DNA of 64,000 nucleotides, from the NCBI GenBank assembly GCA_949001935.1, contig CARJLX010000001.1, positions 323,231 through 387,230 on the forward strand, written 5' to 3'. Origin of the DNA: an uncultured Eubacteriales bacterium. GTDB taxonomy: Bacteria > Bacillota > Clostridia > Christensenellales > UBA1242. The notes below the pieces were generated by a model. That model did no database searches. It was given only the letters and a program-made list of their open reading frames with translations, and was not told the origin of the DNA. Below, in pieces: positions 18,668-29,618 of this stretch. The position numbers and the translations under genes are program-made. Every line of letters starts with the position of its first letter. The first letter of the stretch is position 1.

Positions 18668-18747
18668 TATTTTATTTTCTTTTTTTAGAAAAATAAAGTA
18701 AATTTTGCGATGCGAAAGCAAATTTTTGCTGAGTATCGTAAAAAAAT

Positions 18748-18780
18748 GCTCTTTTGTTTCTTTTCTCTAGAGAAAAGAAA
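18748..18780 (+). repeat. Py/Pu hairpin element (family 1)
   Basis: GCTCTTTTG is followed by the 24-nt perfect palindrome TTTCTTTTCTCTAGAGAAAAGAAA (18757-18780), identical to 9041-9064. It ends 18 nt before ATG 18799. Confidence 0.9.
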
Positions 18781-18798
18781 ATTTAAATGGTGATAAAA

Positions 18799-19557
18799 AT
18801 GGAAAAAGCGACAAACAACCTAATTAAAGATTTAAAAAAATTGAAAAAGGAAGGAGCTTTGCTCTTTTTGGACAATATCAAAATCATAAATGATGCAATT
18901 GTTCGTGGTTTGGAACCAAAGTATATTTTGGTTGAAAAGGAAGATTTAAATATATACAAAAACACCAATGTTTATAAGGTTGACAAAAGCATAATCGACC
19001 AACTTTCTGACAGTAAAACACCACAGGGAGTAGTATGCGTTGCAGAATACCTACAAAATAAAGTAGATAAGCCAAAAGATAATTTTCTGGTGCTTGACGG
19101 GCTCCAAGACCCAGGCAATGTTGGAACTCTCATTCGAACAGCTTATGCTTGTGGCTTTAACGAGGTGTTTTTGATTGACAGCGTTAAGGTAACAAACTCA
19201 AAACTTGTGCGAAGCAGTGTTGGTGCAATCTTCTTGGCTAAAGTTTATGAAATGAGTAGAGTTGATTTTATAGATTTCGCAAAAAAGAACAGACTAAGTC
19301 TGTTAAAAGCCGATATGAATGGCGAAAATATCTTTGAGTTTTCCAACAAAATATCAAATGCAGAAAAAAGCAAGAATAATGTGACATTACCACTGGGCGT
19401 AGTGGTTGGCAATGAAGGACAAGGCGTCAGCAAAGAAATAGGTGACATCTGCACATTAGCAGTTAGAATACCAATGCGAGATGGGATTGAAAGTTTAAAC
19501 GCATCTATAAGCGGGGCAATAATCATGTATGAAATCAATAAAAAAAGATTGTCATGA
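18799..19557 (+). CDS. TrmH/SpoU family RNA 2'-O-methyltransferase
   Basis: SpoU-type motifs are present (LVLDGLQDPGNVGTLIRTA, VVVGNEGQGVS, ESLNASISGAIIMYE). It follows rplT, as ysgA does in Bacillus. ATG 18799 is preferred (GGTGA SD) over 18787. Confidence 0.8.
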   Translation: MEKATNNLIKDLKKLKKEGALLFLDNIKIINDAIVRGLEPKYILVEKEDLNIYKNTNVYKVDKSIIDQLSDSKTPQGVVCVAEYLQNKVDKPKDNFLVLDGLQDPGNVGTLIRTAYACGFNEVFLIDSVKVTNSKLVRSSVGAIFLAKVYEMSRVDFIDFAKKNRLSLLKADMNGENIFEFSNKISNAEKSKNNVTLPLGVVVGNEGQGVSKEIGDICTLAVRIPMRDGIESLNASISGAIIMYEINKKRLS

Positions 19558-19572
19558 GTGACAATCTTTTTT
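19541..19572. terminator. bidirectional terminator between convergent genes
   Basis: AGATTGTCA (19546-19554) pairs with TGACAATCT (19559-19567) around loop TGAG. An A6 run and a T6 run flank it. It overlaps the methyltransferase stop codon. Confidence 0.8.
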
Positions 19573-19573
19573 A

Positions 19574-19903
19574 TCAATAAGGGTGTTCAGTCTGGACTAT
19601 ACCTTTATATACTTCTAGTTCTTCTTCTAGTTGTTCAATTTTTTGTTCCCTTTGAGACTGTTCCTTTTCTTTTTGTTCTTCTTCTGCTCTTTTAGCCTCA
19701 CAAATTTGATTTTTAACAAAATCTTCTGCCTTCATAGCAACTCCACCAAATTTATCGGTCTCATATTTCCCAGTTCCTTCGTTGTATTTCATTTCAACAT
19801 CTTTACATAAAGGGCAAGGAATTGTATCTGGCAACATATAAGTACCTGAAATTCTTGTGATATCTCCAATTTTTACTTTTTCTTCTATTTTTATGAATGG
19901 CAT
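19574..19903 (-). CDS. hypothetical protein with acidic coiled-coil tail
   Basis: 109 aa. It is a lone minus-strand gene with SD AAGGAGA. It has a CPLC motif and an EEEQKEKEQSQREQKIEQLEEELE tail. I recognise no family. Confidence 0.5.
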   Translation of the reverse strand: MPFIKIEEKVKIGDITRISGTYMLPDTIPCPLCKDVEMKYNEGTGKYETDKFGGVAMKAEDFVKNQICEAKRAEEEQKEKEQSQREQKIEQLEEELEVYKGIVQTEHPY

Positions 19904-20053
19904 AATTTTTCTCCTTTGTTTTACACTTAAATTTTAGCACATAATTTTTTTAAGTCAATACCCAAATTTAACAAATTTCTTTCATTCACTTGACAAGGAT
20001 TTGTGATTTGTTATATTATTAATCAGAAAGATTTTTTACTAGGAGGATTAAAC

Positions 20054-20785
20054 ATGTCAGGACATTCAAAATGGCACAATATTCAAGCAAGAAAGGGCAA
20101 GAGTGACGCTGCCCGTGGAAAGATTTTTACAAAGATTGGTAGAGAAATTGCAGTTGTTGTTAAAGCAGGTGGAAGCGACCCTGTTTCTAATCCAAGACTT
20201 CGTGATGTTATCGCAAAAGCTAAACAAAACAACATGCCTAATGATACGATTGAGCGTTCTATCAAAAAGGCATCTGGTGAACTTGCTGGTGTAAACTATG
20301 AATCTTGCGTTTATGAAGGTTATGGCGTAGGTGGCTCAGCTGTTATTGTTGAATGCTTGACAGACAACAAAAATCGTACTGCAGGGGATGTTCGTCACGC
20401 TTTTGATAAATTTGGCGGTTCAATGGGAAGCAATGGCTGTGTTAGCTATTTATTCCAACGCAAAGGTTTAGTAGAAGTATCAAACGAGGGCGTTGATACT
20501 GACGAAGTTATGATGTCCGCACTTGACGCAGGTGCAAAAGATGTTAACGAATATGATGACAGTCTTGAAATTGTAACTGAACCTAATGATGTTAATGTAG
20601 TGGCTGAAGCTTTGACTAAGGCTGGGTACAATGTACTTTCTAGCGAAGTTCAAATGGTTCCAGACAATTATGTAGATCTTGATGAATCAAAACTTGCAAC
20701 ATTCACTCGCATGATTGATATGCTTGAAGATAGCGATGATGTTCAAGAAGTTTATCATAATGTAAATATGCCAGAAGAGTGTTAA
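20054..20785 (+). CDS. YebC/PmpR family DNA-binding transcriptional regulator
   Basis: [27 protein letters not shown] is the canonical YebC N-terminus. The start is moved to ATG 20054, behind TAGGAGGA. Confidence 0.92.
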   Translation: MSGHSKWHNIQARKGKSDAARGKIFTKIGREIAVVVKAGGSDPVSNPRLRDVIAKAKQNNMPNDTIERSIKKASGELAGVNYESCVYEGYGVGGSAVIVECLTDNKNRTAGDVRHAFDKFGGSMGSNGCVSYLFQRKGLVEVSNEGVDTDEVMMSALDAGAKDVNEYDDSLEIVTEPNDVNVVAEALTKAGYNVLSSEVQMVPDNYVDLDESKLATFTRMIDMLEDSDDVQEVYHNVNMPEEC

Positions 20786-20981
20786 TAACGCTGAACGATT
20801 ATCTTACAATCAAATTATAAAAATAGAGTGGATTTGTTCAACTTAAAAAGTTATACCTTCACTCTTTTTTATTTGCCTCTTTTTAAGAAACAACCAAATT
20901 CGACAATTTTCATAAAAATTTATAAAAAAGTCTTGATTTTGCCAAACAGATTGTATATAATATTTATGTAGGGAGGAAAAT

Positions 20982-21206
20982 ATGTCATTTAATTTTGATT
21001 ATAATAGTTGGGATAATGATGAAGAAAGATATCAAAATGCTATTGAGTTCGCAAAAATGTTTGCACCTGAACAACCTCAAAATGCTGATCAACCTGTTCT
21101 TAAAGATGAAAATTTGAATGGTAAAAAAATTGCTAAACCCGTACAATTAAGTATATTTGACCTACAAGAAGTTAAAGTACATATAAGTGAAAGTGAACAA
21201 TGTTAG
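20982..21206 (+). CDS. hypothetical small protein
   Basis: 74 aa with SD GGGAGGAAAA. A TTGATT-17-TATAAT promoter lies about 40 nt upstream and a terminator follows. Confidence 0.5.
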   Translation: MSFNFDYNSWDNDEERYQNAIEFAKMFAPEQPQNADQPVLKDENLNGKKIAKPVQLSIFDLQEVKVHISESEQC

Positions 21207-21220
21207 TTTTAATAGATAAA

Positions 21221-21248
21221 ATGCCATAGTCTTTTATGGCGTTTTTTT
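21221..21248 (+). terminator. rho-independent terminator
   Basis: GCCATA (21223-21228) pairs with TATGGC (21235-21240), followed by GTTTTTTT. Confidence 0.7.
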
Positions 21249-21328
21249 ATTTAAAAATATAAAATTCACTATTGACTATTGGCAAATTCTATGCTAAAAT
21301 ATCTTCATAAACAAAAGAGGAGAAATTT

Positions 21329-21892
21329 ATGCTTAAATTTAGAGGGATTTTAAAATTTGTTTTAGGGGTTAGTTTATTAGCGCCAATGTTTATTTCTGCA
21401 GGTATAGGTTTTGGATTAAAACACCAAGCAAAAGTCATGGAAGATAATACTTATAAACAATTTTTAAAAAATAAGGATGAAGATTATCAAGGCTATATTG
21501 TTGAGCGCAACAAAAATATGGATATGATTTATGAGGCTTATTTTAAAACTGACCGTGAAAAATATGATAAACTAAGTGATTATTATGCATATGCACCATT
21601 CATGCATGATTATGTAGCAAAAACTGAAAAGTATGGGCAAATGTTGAATGATGCAAAGAAATTAGAAGAAGTTAGTAAGGGTGTGTTATTTTTAGGAACT
21701 GCTTCTGGATTTGTAATTTCGGCTTTTAGCGAAGGAACTTTGAATGATTTTGTCTATAAGGATGAAAGAGGAAATAGAGGATTTTATCATTTATTTGAGA
21801 ATGCAGTAGCAGATTTAAAAAATAAAAAGAAGAAAAAAGATACTATTGAAATTTCTTCTGCCACAACAGAATTAATTGAACAAAATTCATAA
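21329..21892 (+). CDS. hypothetical membrane-anchored protein
   Basis: 187 aa with an N-terminal TM helix and a second hydrophobic segment. SD AGAGGAG. TTGACT-17-TAAAAT lies upstream. Confidence 0.5.
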   Translation: MLKFRGILKFVLGVSLLAPMFISAGIGFGLKHQAKVMEDNTYKQFLKNKDEDYQGYIVERNKNMDMIYEAYFKTDREKYDKLSDYYAYAPFMHDYVAKTEKYGQMLNDAKKLEEVSKGVLFLGTASGFVISAFSEGTLNDFVYKDERGNRGFYHLFENAVADLKNKKKKKDTIEISSATTELIEQNS

Positions 21893-21913
21893 GATAAAAC
21901 TTATGAATTTTTT
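21886..21913 (+). terminator. rho-independent terminator overlapping the stop codon
   Basis: TTCATAAG (21886-21893) pairs with CTTATGAA (21900-21907), followed by T6. Confidence 0.7.
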
Positions 21914-21942
21914 ATGTAAAGTTATAAAAACAACGATTTCAT

Positions 21943-21971
21943 TTGACAAAACACTATAGATTAAGTAAACT
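21943..21971 (+). promoter_or_regulatory. sigmaA-type promoter placed for a leaderless ruvC mRNA
   Basis: TTGACA (21943-21948), a 17-nt spacer, then TAAACT (21966-21971). The ruvC ATG at 21978 is only 6 nt past the -10 box and there is no SD. Confidence 0.45.
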
Positions 21972-21977
21972 TAAATT

Positions 21978-22469
21978 ATGGTTATTTTAGGAATTGATCC
22001 TGGTTATGGAATAGTTGGTTATGGAGTTATTGAAACTGATGGCTATACTTATCAAGTGTTAGATTATGGAGCAATAACAACATCAAAAGAGGACAGCATT
22101 GCAGTTCGTTTACAAGAGATAGAGGAGAACTTAATTTTTTTACTTGATAAATTTAAACCTGATGTAGTAGCTATTGAGGAATTATTCTATTTTAAAAACC
22201 AGACAACAATTATTCCAGTTGCCGAGGCAAGGGGAGTTATCGTATTAACTGCTCAAAAATATTGTGGCAAACTTTTTGAATATACACCACTTCAAATTAA
22301 GCAGGCACTAACAGGTAATGGTCGTGCAGAAAAAGCTCAGGTGCAATATATGGTTAAATCTATTTTGGGATTAAATTCAATTCCTAAACCAGATGACGCA
22401 GCCGACGCACTCGCTGTTGCAATCTGCCATAGCCAAACAAGCAGTGTGCTAAATAATAATTTTATGTAA
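21978..22469 (+). CDS. ruvC: crossover junction endodeoxyribonuclease RuvC
   Basis: 163 aa. MVILGIDPGYGIVGYGVIE and the C-terminal DAADALAVAICH are canonical RuvC. Confidence 0.92.
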   Translation: MVILGIDPGYGIVGYGVIETDGYTYQVLDYGAITTSKEDSIAVRLQEIEENLIFLLDKFKPDVVAIEELFYFKNQTTIIPVAEARGVIVLTAQKYCGKLFEYTPLQIKQALTGNGRAEKAQVQYMVKSILGLNSIPKPDDAADALAVAICHSQTSSVLNNNFM

Positions 22470-22470
22470 T

Positions 22471-22500
22471 TTTCATCTTCTTTTCTTTATAGAAAAGAAG
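22471..22500 (+). repeat. Py/Pu hairpin element (family 1)
   Basis: CTTCTTTTCT-TTAT-AGAAAAGAAG (22477-22500). It ends 24 nt before the ruvA ATG. Confidence 0.85.
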
Positions 22501-22524
22501 CACATAATAAAAATAGGAGAAAAT

Positions 22525-23112
22525 ATGATTTCGTTTTTGAAAGGAATAATTGAAGAAAAGCAAGAAAACATAATCTTTGTTGATGTTAATGGCGTAGGTT
22601 ATGAGGTTGGCGTTTCAGCAAATTCAATGACATGTTTGCCTATGGGTGAGCCTATCAAAATTTACACTTATCTGGCTGTTCGAGAAGATGGCGTTTCGCT
22701 CTATGGCTTTGCAAATAAGGAAGAACGAGATGTTTTCAATAAACTTATTTCTGTCAGTGGAATTGGTCCAAAGGTTGCAATAGGAATACTTTCTGGAATG
22801 AAACTTTCAGACCTTTGCATTGCTATTGCAAAACAAGATATTAAAATGTTATCAACAATAAAAGGACTTGGTAAGAAGACCGCTGAAAGACTTGCAGTTG
22901 AACTTAAAGACAAGATTGATATGCTGGGCGACACACAAGATAACAACTTGGTTATGGATTATAATGAAGATGCTGTTCAAATGGCAACTGACACACTTAT
23001 TTCACTTGGCATAAACAAAAATGACGCCTACACTTTGGCAAGAAGCTATGCAAGCAAAGATGCGACTGCTGAGGAGATTATTTCAAAAGCATTAAGGGGG
23101 TATAAAGGATGA
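22525..23112 (+). CDS. ruvA: Holliday junction DNA helicase RuvA
   Basis: 195 aa. [12 protein letters not shown]... plus HhH blocks [11 protein letters not shown] and [12 protein letters not shown]. Confidence 0.92.
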   Translation: MISFLKGIIEEKQENIIFVDVNGVGYEVGVSANSMTCLPMGEPIKIYTYLAVREDGVSLYGFANKEERDVFNKLISVSGIGPKVAIGILSGMKLSDLCIAIAKQDIKMLSTIKGLGKKTAERLAVELKDKIDMLGDTQDNNLVMDYNEDAVQMATDTLISLGINKNDAYTLARSYASKDATAEEIISKALRGYKG

Positions 23113-24134
23113 TAGAAAGCAACAAAGATAACGGCAACAATAGATTTATCACAAGCACTAAGAACTTGACTGATGCCGAAATTGAAAACTCACTTCGTCC
23201 AACTTCCTTTGACGAATATATGGGGCAAGATAAAGTTAAGGAACAACTTTCAGTTTATATTCAAGCCGCAAAGTCTAGAAAGGAAAGCCTTGACCATGTT
23301 TTACTTTATGGCCCTCCAGGACTTGGGAAAACAACTCTTTCACATATCATAGCAAATGAAATGGGCAGTCAATTTAAAGTGACTTCAGGTCCAGCAATTG
23401 AACACGCTGCCGACCTTGCAGCAATACTTACAAACCTCAATCAAAATGATGTTTTATTCATTGATGAAATTCATAGACTTAACAAAACCGTTGAGGAAAT
23501 TTTGTATCCAGCAATGGAAGACTTTGCACTTGACTTTATTGTAGGCAAAGGCCCATCTGCAAGAAATATGAGATTGAAAATTAAACCTTTCACTTTAATC
23601 GGTGCAACAACAAGGGCAGGTATGCTTACAAATCCACTTCGTGACCGCTTTGGCGTAATCTGCCGACTTGAACTTTACTCAACAGAAGAACTTAAAGTTA
23701 TCATCAAACGTTCTGCCAAAATTTTAGGAGCAAACATCCATGATGACGCTTGCACAGAAATTGCAAAACGCTCTCGTGGAACTCCTCGTATTGCAAACAG
23801 ACTTTTGAAACGCGTTCGAGATTACGCTCAAGTGCAAAGTGCAGGGGAAATCACAAAAGAGATTGCCGAAAGCACACTTGCAAAAATGGAAATTGACGAA
23901 CTCGGTCTTGACACAATCGATCGCAAAATTTTGCTTGCAATAATCGATAAGTTTGGCGGTGGGCCAGTCGGTCTTGATACACTTGCCGCAACAATAAGCG
24001 AAGATGCAACAACAATTGAAGATGTTTATGAGCCATACCTTTTGCAACTTGGTTTCATCTCACGCACACCACGCGGCCGTGTCGCAATGGAACCAGCCTA
24101 TAAGCATCTTGGAAAAGAGTATTTTGTGAAGTAA
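23109..24134 (+). CDS. ruvB: Holliday junction DNA helicase RuvB
   Basis: 341 aa. [12 protein letters not shown], Walker [10 protein letters not shown] and FIDEIHRL. It overlaps ruvA by 4 nt. Confidence 0.95.
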   Translation: MIESNKDNGNNRFITSTKNLTDAEIENSLRPTSFDEYMGQDKVKEQLSVYIQAAKSRKESLDHVLLYGPPGLGKTTLSHIIANEMGSQFKVTSGPAIEHAADLAAILTNLNQNDVLFIDEIHRLNKTVEEILYPAMEDFALDFIVGKGPSARNMRLKIKPFTLIGATTRAGMLTNPLRDRFGVICRLELYSTEELKVIIKRSAKILGANIHDDACTEIAKRSRGTPRIANRLLKRVRDYAQVQSAGEITKEIAESTLAKMEIDELGLDTIDRKILLAIIDKFGGGPVGLDTLAATISEDATTIEDVYEPYLLQLGFISRTPRGRVAMEPAYKHLGKEYFVK

Positions 24135-24138
24135 AATT

Positions 24139-24498
24139 ATGAAATCTATTGAAGAATTAGAATCAATCTTAGATAAAGTTTATCGCAAAGAAACTGCACA
24201 TCCAGATTGGCAAGAAAAATGGAATAAAAATAATCCTACTTACGGACAGTGCGTTCCAACTGCTTTACTTGTCCAATATTATTTTGGTGGAGATATATAC
24301 AAACATAATAAAGAAAATCACTATTTCAATGTTATAGATGGGCAGGTTATGGACTTAACAAAAGAGCAATTTGTTTGCAAATTAGACTACTCAAATTCTC
24401 ACCAGAAACAACCAGACTTAACAAAATCACAAACTCAAGAAAGATTTGATTTATTGAAAAATCTAGTTGAAGAATATTTAAATAAAAAGCAAAATTAA
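24139..24498 (+). CDS. conserved hypothetical protein
   Basis: 119 aa, starting 4 nt after ruvB. I recognise no motif with confidence. Confidence 0.5.
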   Translation: MKSIEELESILDKVYRKETAHPDWQEKWNKNNPTYGQCVPTALLVQYYFGGDIYKHNKENHYFNVIDGQVMDLTKEQFVCKLDYSNSHQKQPDLTKSQTQERFDLLKNLVEEYLNKKQN

Positions 24499-24530
24499 TA
24501 ATTCTTTCTCGTAGAGAAAAAATTATTCAG

Positions 24531-24567
24531 TTTTCTTTTGTTTACTTTTCTTTAAAAGAAAAGTAAG
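24531..24567 (+). repeat. Py/Pu hairpin element (family 1)
   Basis: TTTTCTTTTG is followed by TTTACTTTTCTTT-A-AAAGAAAAGTAAG, nearly identical to 9217-9243. It ends 14 nt before the queA ATG. A separate 14-bp hairpin (24497-24527) precedes it. Confidence 0.9.
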
Positions 24568-24581
24568 AAAAAAAGGATAAA

Positions 24582-25637
24582 ATGACAGATAAAAATTTAC
24601 TTTTAAAAAGTTCCTATTATTATGATTTACCTGAGGAACTCATAGCACAGACGCCTGTTGAACCAAGAGATAGTTCAAGGCTTTTGTGTTATAATAAAAA
24701 TGAAGATAAAATCGAACATAAACATTTTTATGATATTGTGGACTATTTGCAAAAGGGTGATGTGCTTGTTGTAAACAACACTCGTGTTTTGCCTGCAAGA
24801 TTGTATGGCTATAAAGACACTGGTGCAAAGATTGAAGTCTTACTTCAAAAACGCAAGGATTTAACCACTTGGGAAGTTATTGCAAGACCTCAAAAACGCT
24901 TAGATATTGGAACAAAAGTTACTTTCAGTGAAAGGCTTTCATGTGAGATTATTGAAAAGGGTGAGTATGGAGCTTGCACAATCAAGTTTGAATTTGATGG
25001 GGTTTTCGAACAGCGTTTGTCAGAAGTTGGCACAATGCCATTGCCACCATATATTCATGAAAAGCTGAAAGATAAGGAACGTTATCAAACTGTTTATTCT
25101 AAAATTGAAGGCTCATCAGCAGCACCAACAGCAGGTTTACATTTCACGCCACAACTTATAGAAAAGATTAAAGAAAAGGGTGTGGAAATAGTTGAAGTTT
25201 TGCTTCATGTTGGACTTGGCACATTTAGACCTGTCAAAGAAGATAACATTTTAAATCATGATATGCATAGCGAATACATTGAAATGACACCTGAAAATGC
25301 TGATAAACTCAATAAAGCAAAAGCAGAAGGCCGACGAATAATAGCAGTTGGTACAACCTCTGTCAGGGTGCTTGAAAGTTGTGCTGACGAAAAGGGGATA
25401 ATTACGCCACAAACGAAAGAAACAAAGATTTTTATTTATCCTGGCTATAAATTCAAGGTGGTTGACGGACTTATTACAAATTTCCATCTTCCAGAAAGCA
25501 CGCTTATCATGCTTGTATCAGCCTTTATCGGCTATGAACAAACAATGAAAGTTTATAACACTGCAGTTAAAGAAAAATATCGTTTCTTCTCATTTGGTGA
25601 TGCATGCTTTTTCTGGGGAAACACCGAAAGTTTTTAA
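24582..25637 (+). CDS. queA: tRNA preQ1(34) S-adenosylmethionine ribosyltransferase-isomerase
   Basis: 351 aa. [28 protein letters not shown] and HFTPQL are canonical QueA blocks. Confidence 0.93.
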   Translation: MTDKNLLLKSSYYYDLPEELIAQTPVEPRDSSRLLCYNKNEDKIEHKHFYDIVDYLQKGDVLVVNNTRVLPARLYGYKDTGAKIEVLLQKRKDLTTWEVIARPQKRLDIGTKVTFSERLSCEIIEKGEYGACTIKFEFDGVFEQRLSEVGTMPLPPYIHEKLKDKERYQTVYSKIEGSSAAPTAGLHFTPQLIEKIKEKGVEIVEVLLHVGLGTFRPVKEDNILNHDMHSEYIEMTPENADKLNKAKAEGRRIIAVGTTSVRVLESCADEKGIITPQTKETKIFIYPGYKFKVVDGLITNFHLPESTLIMLVSAFIGYEQTMKVYNTAVKEKYRFFSFGDACFFWGNTESF

Positions 25638-25835
25638 AGGTTGCAAAATCAAAAACCATCTTTTCAATTGTTGCGATTTTAATTAAAAACACAACATCTT
25701 GTGACTGTTATGTGCATACAAGATACTAAATATAGTTTTTAAAAAACAAGCAATTTTTAACGCTTTGCAAAATTTACAACTAAACAATACTGAGTAATAT
25801 CATCAAATATAAATTTAAAAAGCGTTAAAATTATA

Positions 25836-25868
25836 TTTCTTTTGCTTCTTTTCTAGCAAGAAAAGAAG
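25836..25868 (+). repeat. Py/Pu hairpin element (family 1)
   Basis: TTTCTTTTG is followed by CTTCTTTTCT-AGCA-AGAAAAGAAG (25845-25868). It ends 23 nt before the tgt ATG. Confidence 0.9.
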
Positions 25869-25879
25869 AGAAAAAATAA

Positions 25880-27031
<1,152 letters not shown>

Positions 27032-27045
27032 CAGAGAGGAAACAA

Positions 27046-27615
27046 ATGAAAAAATCCATTTTAATTGATATAGACGATTGTATTTGCGACAATGTTTATT
27101 TTAAAATTCTAAAAGATGTTATAAAAAGCAATAAGAAAATTGAGGATTGCACTGAATATCATGTTGAAGACAATTTTAATTTATCCAAAGAACAAATTGA
27201 TTGTTATAATAATAGACTTGGACAAATTAATCCTTATAAACGGGCAATTATACATAAAGATTGTATTGAAGTTATACAAAAACTAAATGAAAAATATAAT
27301 GTCTATATTTGCTCTGCCGCAATATTAAAAGAAAACTTACTAAAAAGCGGAAATTATTTTAAATATAAATATGACTTTTTAAGACAAAATTTTCCCTTTT
27401 TAAATCCTTTTAATTTTATTTTTGCTTGTAATAAAACTATGCTAAAAGCAGATATCATGATTGATGATAAACCAGCAAATTTGCGGGGAAACAATGTGAA
27501 AGAAAAACTGCTTTTCACAGCTTATCATAACAAAAACCTGACTGATAAAGAACTTAGAAAACAAGGACTTAAACGAGTAAATGACTGGAAGGAAATAAAA
27601 AATATTTTGTTATAA
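27046..27615 (+). CDS. HAD-superfamily hydrolase, 5'(3')-deoxyribonucleotidase-like
   Basis: 189 aa. The N-terminal DxD motif (LIDIDDCICD) and late IMIDDKP resemble NT5C-type HAD phosphatases. Assignment is tentative. Confidence 0.45.
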   Translation: MKKSILIDIDDCICDNVYFKILKDVIKSNKKIEDCTEYHVEDNFNLSKEQIDCYNNRLGQINPYKRAIIHKDCIEVIQKLNEKYNVYICSAAILKENLLKSGNYFKYKYDFLRQNFPFLNPFNFIFACNKTMLKADIMIDDKPANLRGNNVKEKLLFTAYHNKNLTDKELRKQGLKRVNDWKEIKNILL

Positions 27616-27672
27616 ATTATTGATATTTTTTGGTATTTATGTTATACTTATTTTAGAAATGGAGATGAAATT

Positions 27673-27870
27673 ATGGAAAAAGAAGAAATGATAACTTTAG
27701 ATAAAAAAGTTTTGATTGATATTGTTGAACAGTATGATGACGCATATAATCTTTTGCCAGCAAATCTTAAATCTGATTTGGATTTTATTGATGCTAAATT
27801 GCGTGGCATGACAATCCGTACTAATGCAAGATATGAATCAGCAAAAAATACTTTATATCCAGAAAATTAA
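27673..27870 (+). CDS. hypothetical small protein
   Basis: 65 aa with SD GGAGATGAAA. It has its own TTGATA-17-TATACT promoter and its own terminator. Confidence 0.5.
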   Translation: MEKEEMITLDKKVLIDIVEQYDDAYNLLPANLKSDLDFIDAKLRGMTIRTNARYESAKNTLYPEN

Positions 27871-27896
27871 AAAGCCTCTCATTGGGAGGTTTTTTA
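27871..27896 (+). terminator. rho-independent terminator
   Basis: CCTCTC (27875-27880) pairs with GGGAGG (27884-27889), followed by T6. Confidence 0.7.
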
Positions 27897-28020
27897 ATTT
27901 TTTATCTATGAAATTATTTGACTTAAAAATTCTTTATGGTGTATAATTAGTTAGGTGAAAATTAATTTATTGCATATGTTGCTAATTTAAACAATTTTCA
28001 TACATTAAAAGGGGAAAGTT

Positions 28021-29610
28021 ATGAGCAGTTTAAGCATTCTTTGCTCTGCTGCTGTGACCGCCGGAATTGTTAGTGGGGTTATCGCACTCATCGTTGGAGT
28101 GGGATTTGGTATACTTTTATACAAACTTCTTGCCACAAAAAAAATCGGTAAATCTAAGACAAATGCTGTCAAAATTATCGAAGAGGCGTATGCAGAGGCA
28201 AAGACTATTAAAAAAGAAGCTATTTTAGAAGCTAAAGAGGAATCTCAAAAAATTAAAGATGAGGCTACCGAAGAAGCTAAAAATAGACGAAACGAAATTC
28301 AAAAGTCTGAGGAGCGTCTTGAACAACGCGAAGAATACATCACTAAAAAAGAGATGGCTCTTGACACTAAACAAGAACAAATTGACAACGAAAAAAACAA
28401 GATTGATGCTGAGCGTCAAAAAATTGCAGTCGCAATTGAAGAGCAGGCAAAAATCAAAGAAAACATGCTTACTGAACTTGAAAAAATTTCAGGCTTAAGC
28501 AAGAATGATGCTAAGAATATTTTAATTGAAAACATCACAGAAGATGCAAAAAAAGATGCTGGTATTTTAGTTAAAAAGATTGAGGATGAAGCAAGAGAAA
28601 ATGCAGAAAAGTTTGCACAAGAAATTGTTGCAGGTGCTATTCAAAAATGTGCAACAGACCTTTCTAGTGAAATGACTGTAACAACAGTGCCTCTTCCAAA
28701 TGACGAAATGAAGGGTAGAATAATTGGTCGCGAGGGACGTAATATTCGTTCTATCGAAAGCGTGACAGGCGTTGAACTTATTATTGACGATACACCTGAA
28801 GCAATCACTATTTCAAGTTTCGACCCAATTAGAAGAGAGATTGCACGTCTTTCTCTTGAAAAACTTATTGTTGATGGCAGAATTCATCCAACAAGAGTTG
28901 AAGAAGTTGTTGATAAAGCCACAATGGAAGTTGAAAAGACAATCAAACAAGCGGGTGAAAACGCATGCGAAGAGGTTGGAATTTTCAATCTTCACCCAGA
29001 ACTTGTTAAAGTTTTAGGGCGATTGAAGTATAGAACAAGTTATGGGCAAAATGTGCTTAGGCACTCTATTGAAACTGCAATCTTAGCAGGATTAATTGCC
29101 AGTGAACTTGGGGCAAACGCTACAATAGCAAAACGCGGTGGACTTCTTCATGATATTGGTAAAGCCTTAGACCATGAAATTGAAGGAACACATGTTTCAA
29201 TCGGTGTTGACCTTGCCAAAAAATACAAAGAGAATGAAGAAGTTATTCATTGTATCGAAGCTCACCATATGAATGTTCCTTTCCATAGCATTGAAGCTAT
29301 TATTGTTCAAGTAGCAGATGCGATTTCATCTTCAAGACCTGGTGCAAGACGCGAAAGCTTTGAAAACTATATTAAGCGTTTACAACAACTTGAAGAGATT
29401 TCAAACAGCTTCAAAGGCGTTGAAAAATCTTATGCTATTCAAGCAGGTCGTGAAGTTCGCATCATTGTAAAACCAGAAGAAATCAATGATAATGACGCTA
29501 TGTTCCTTGCAAAAGATATTGCAAAGCGTATTGAAAATGAAATGCAATATCCAGGGCAAATCAAAGTCAACGTTATTCGCGAATACCGTGCAAGTGACAT
29601 TGCAAAATAG
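28021..29610 (+). CDS. rny: ribonuclease Y
   Basis: 529 aa with an N-terminal TM helix, a coiled coil, a KH domain (GRIIGREGRNIRSIE) and an HD domain (LLHDIGKA). Confidence 0.95.
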   Translation: MSSLSILCSAAVTAGIVSGVIALIVGVGFGILLYKLLATKKIGKSKTNAVKIIEEAYAEAKTIKKEAILEAKEESQKIKDEATEEAKNRRNEIQKSEERLEQREEYITKKEMALDTKQEQIDNEKNKIDAERQKIAVAIEEQAKIKENMLTELEKISGLSKNDAKNILIENITEDAKKDAGILVKKIEDEARENAEKFAQEIVAGAIQKCATDLSSEMTVTTVPLPNDEMKGRIIGREGRNIRSIESVTGVELIIDDTPEAITISSFDPIRREIARLSLEKLIVDGRIHPTRVEEVVDKATMEVEKTIKQAGENACEEVGIFNLHPELVKVLGRLKYRTSYGQNVLRHSIETAILAGLIASELGANATIAKRGGLLHDIGKALDHEIEGTHVSIGVDLAKKYKENEEVIHCIEAHHMNVPFHSIEAIIVQVADAISSSRPGARRESFENYIKRLQQLEEISNSFKGVEKSYAIQAGREVRIIVKPEEINDNDAMFLAKDIAKRIENEMQYPGQIKVNVIREYRASDIAK

Positions 29611-29618
29611 GAGCAGAT

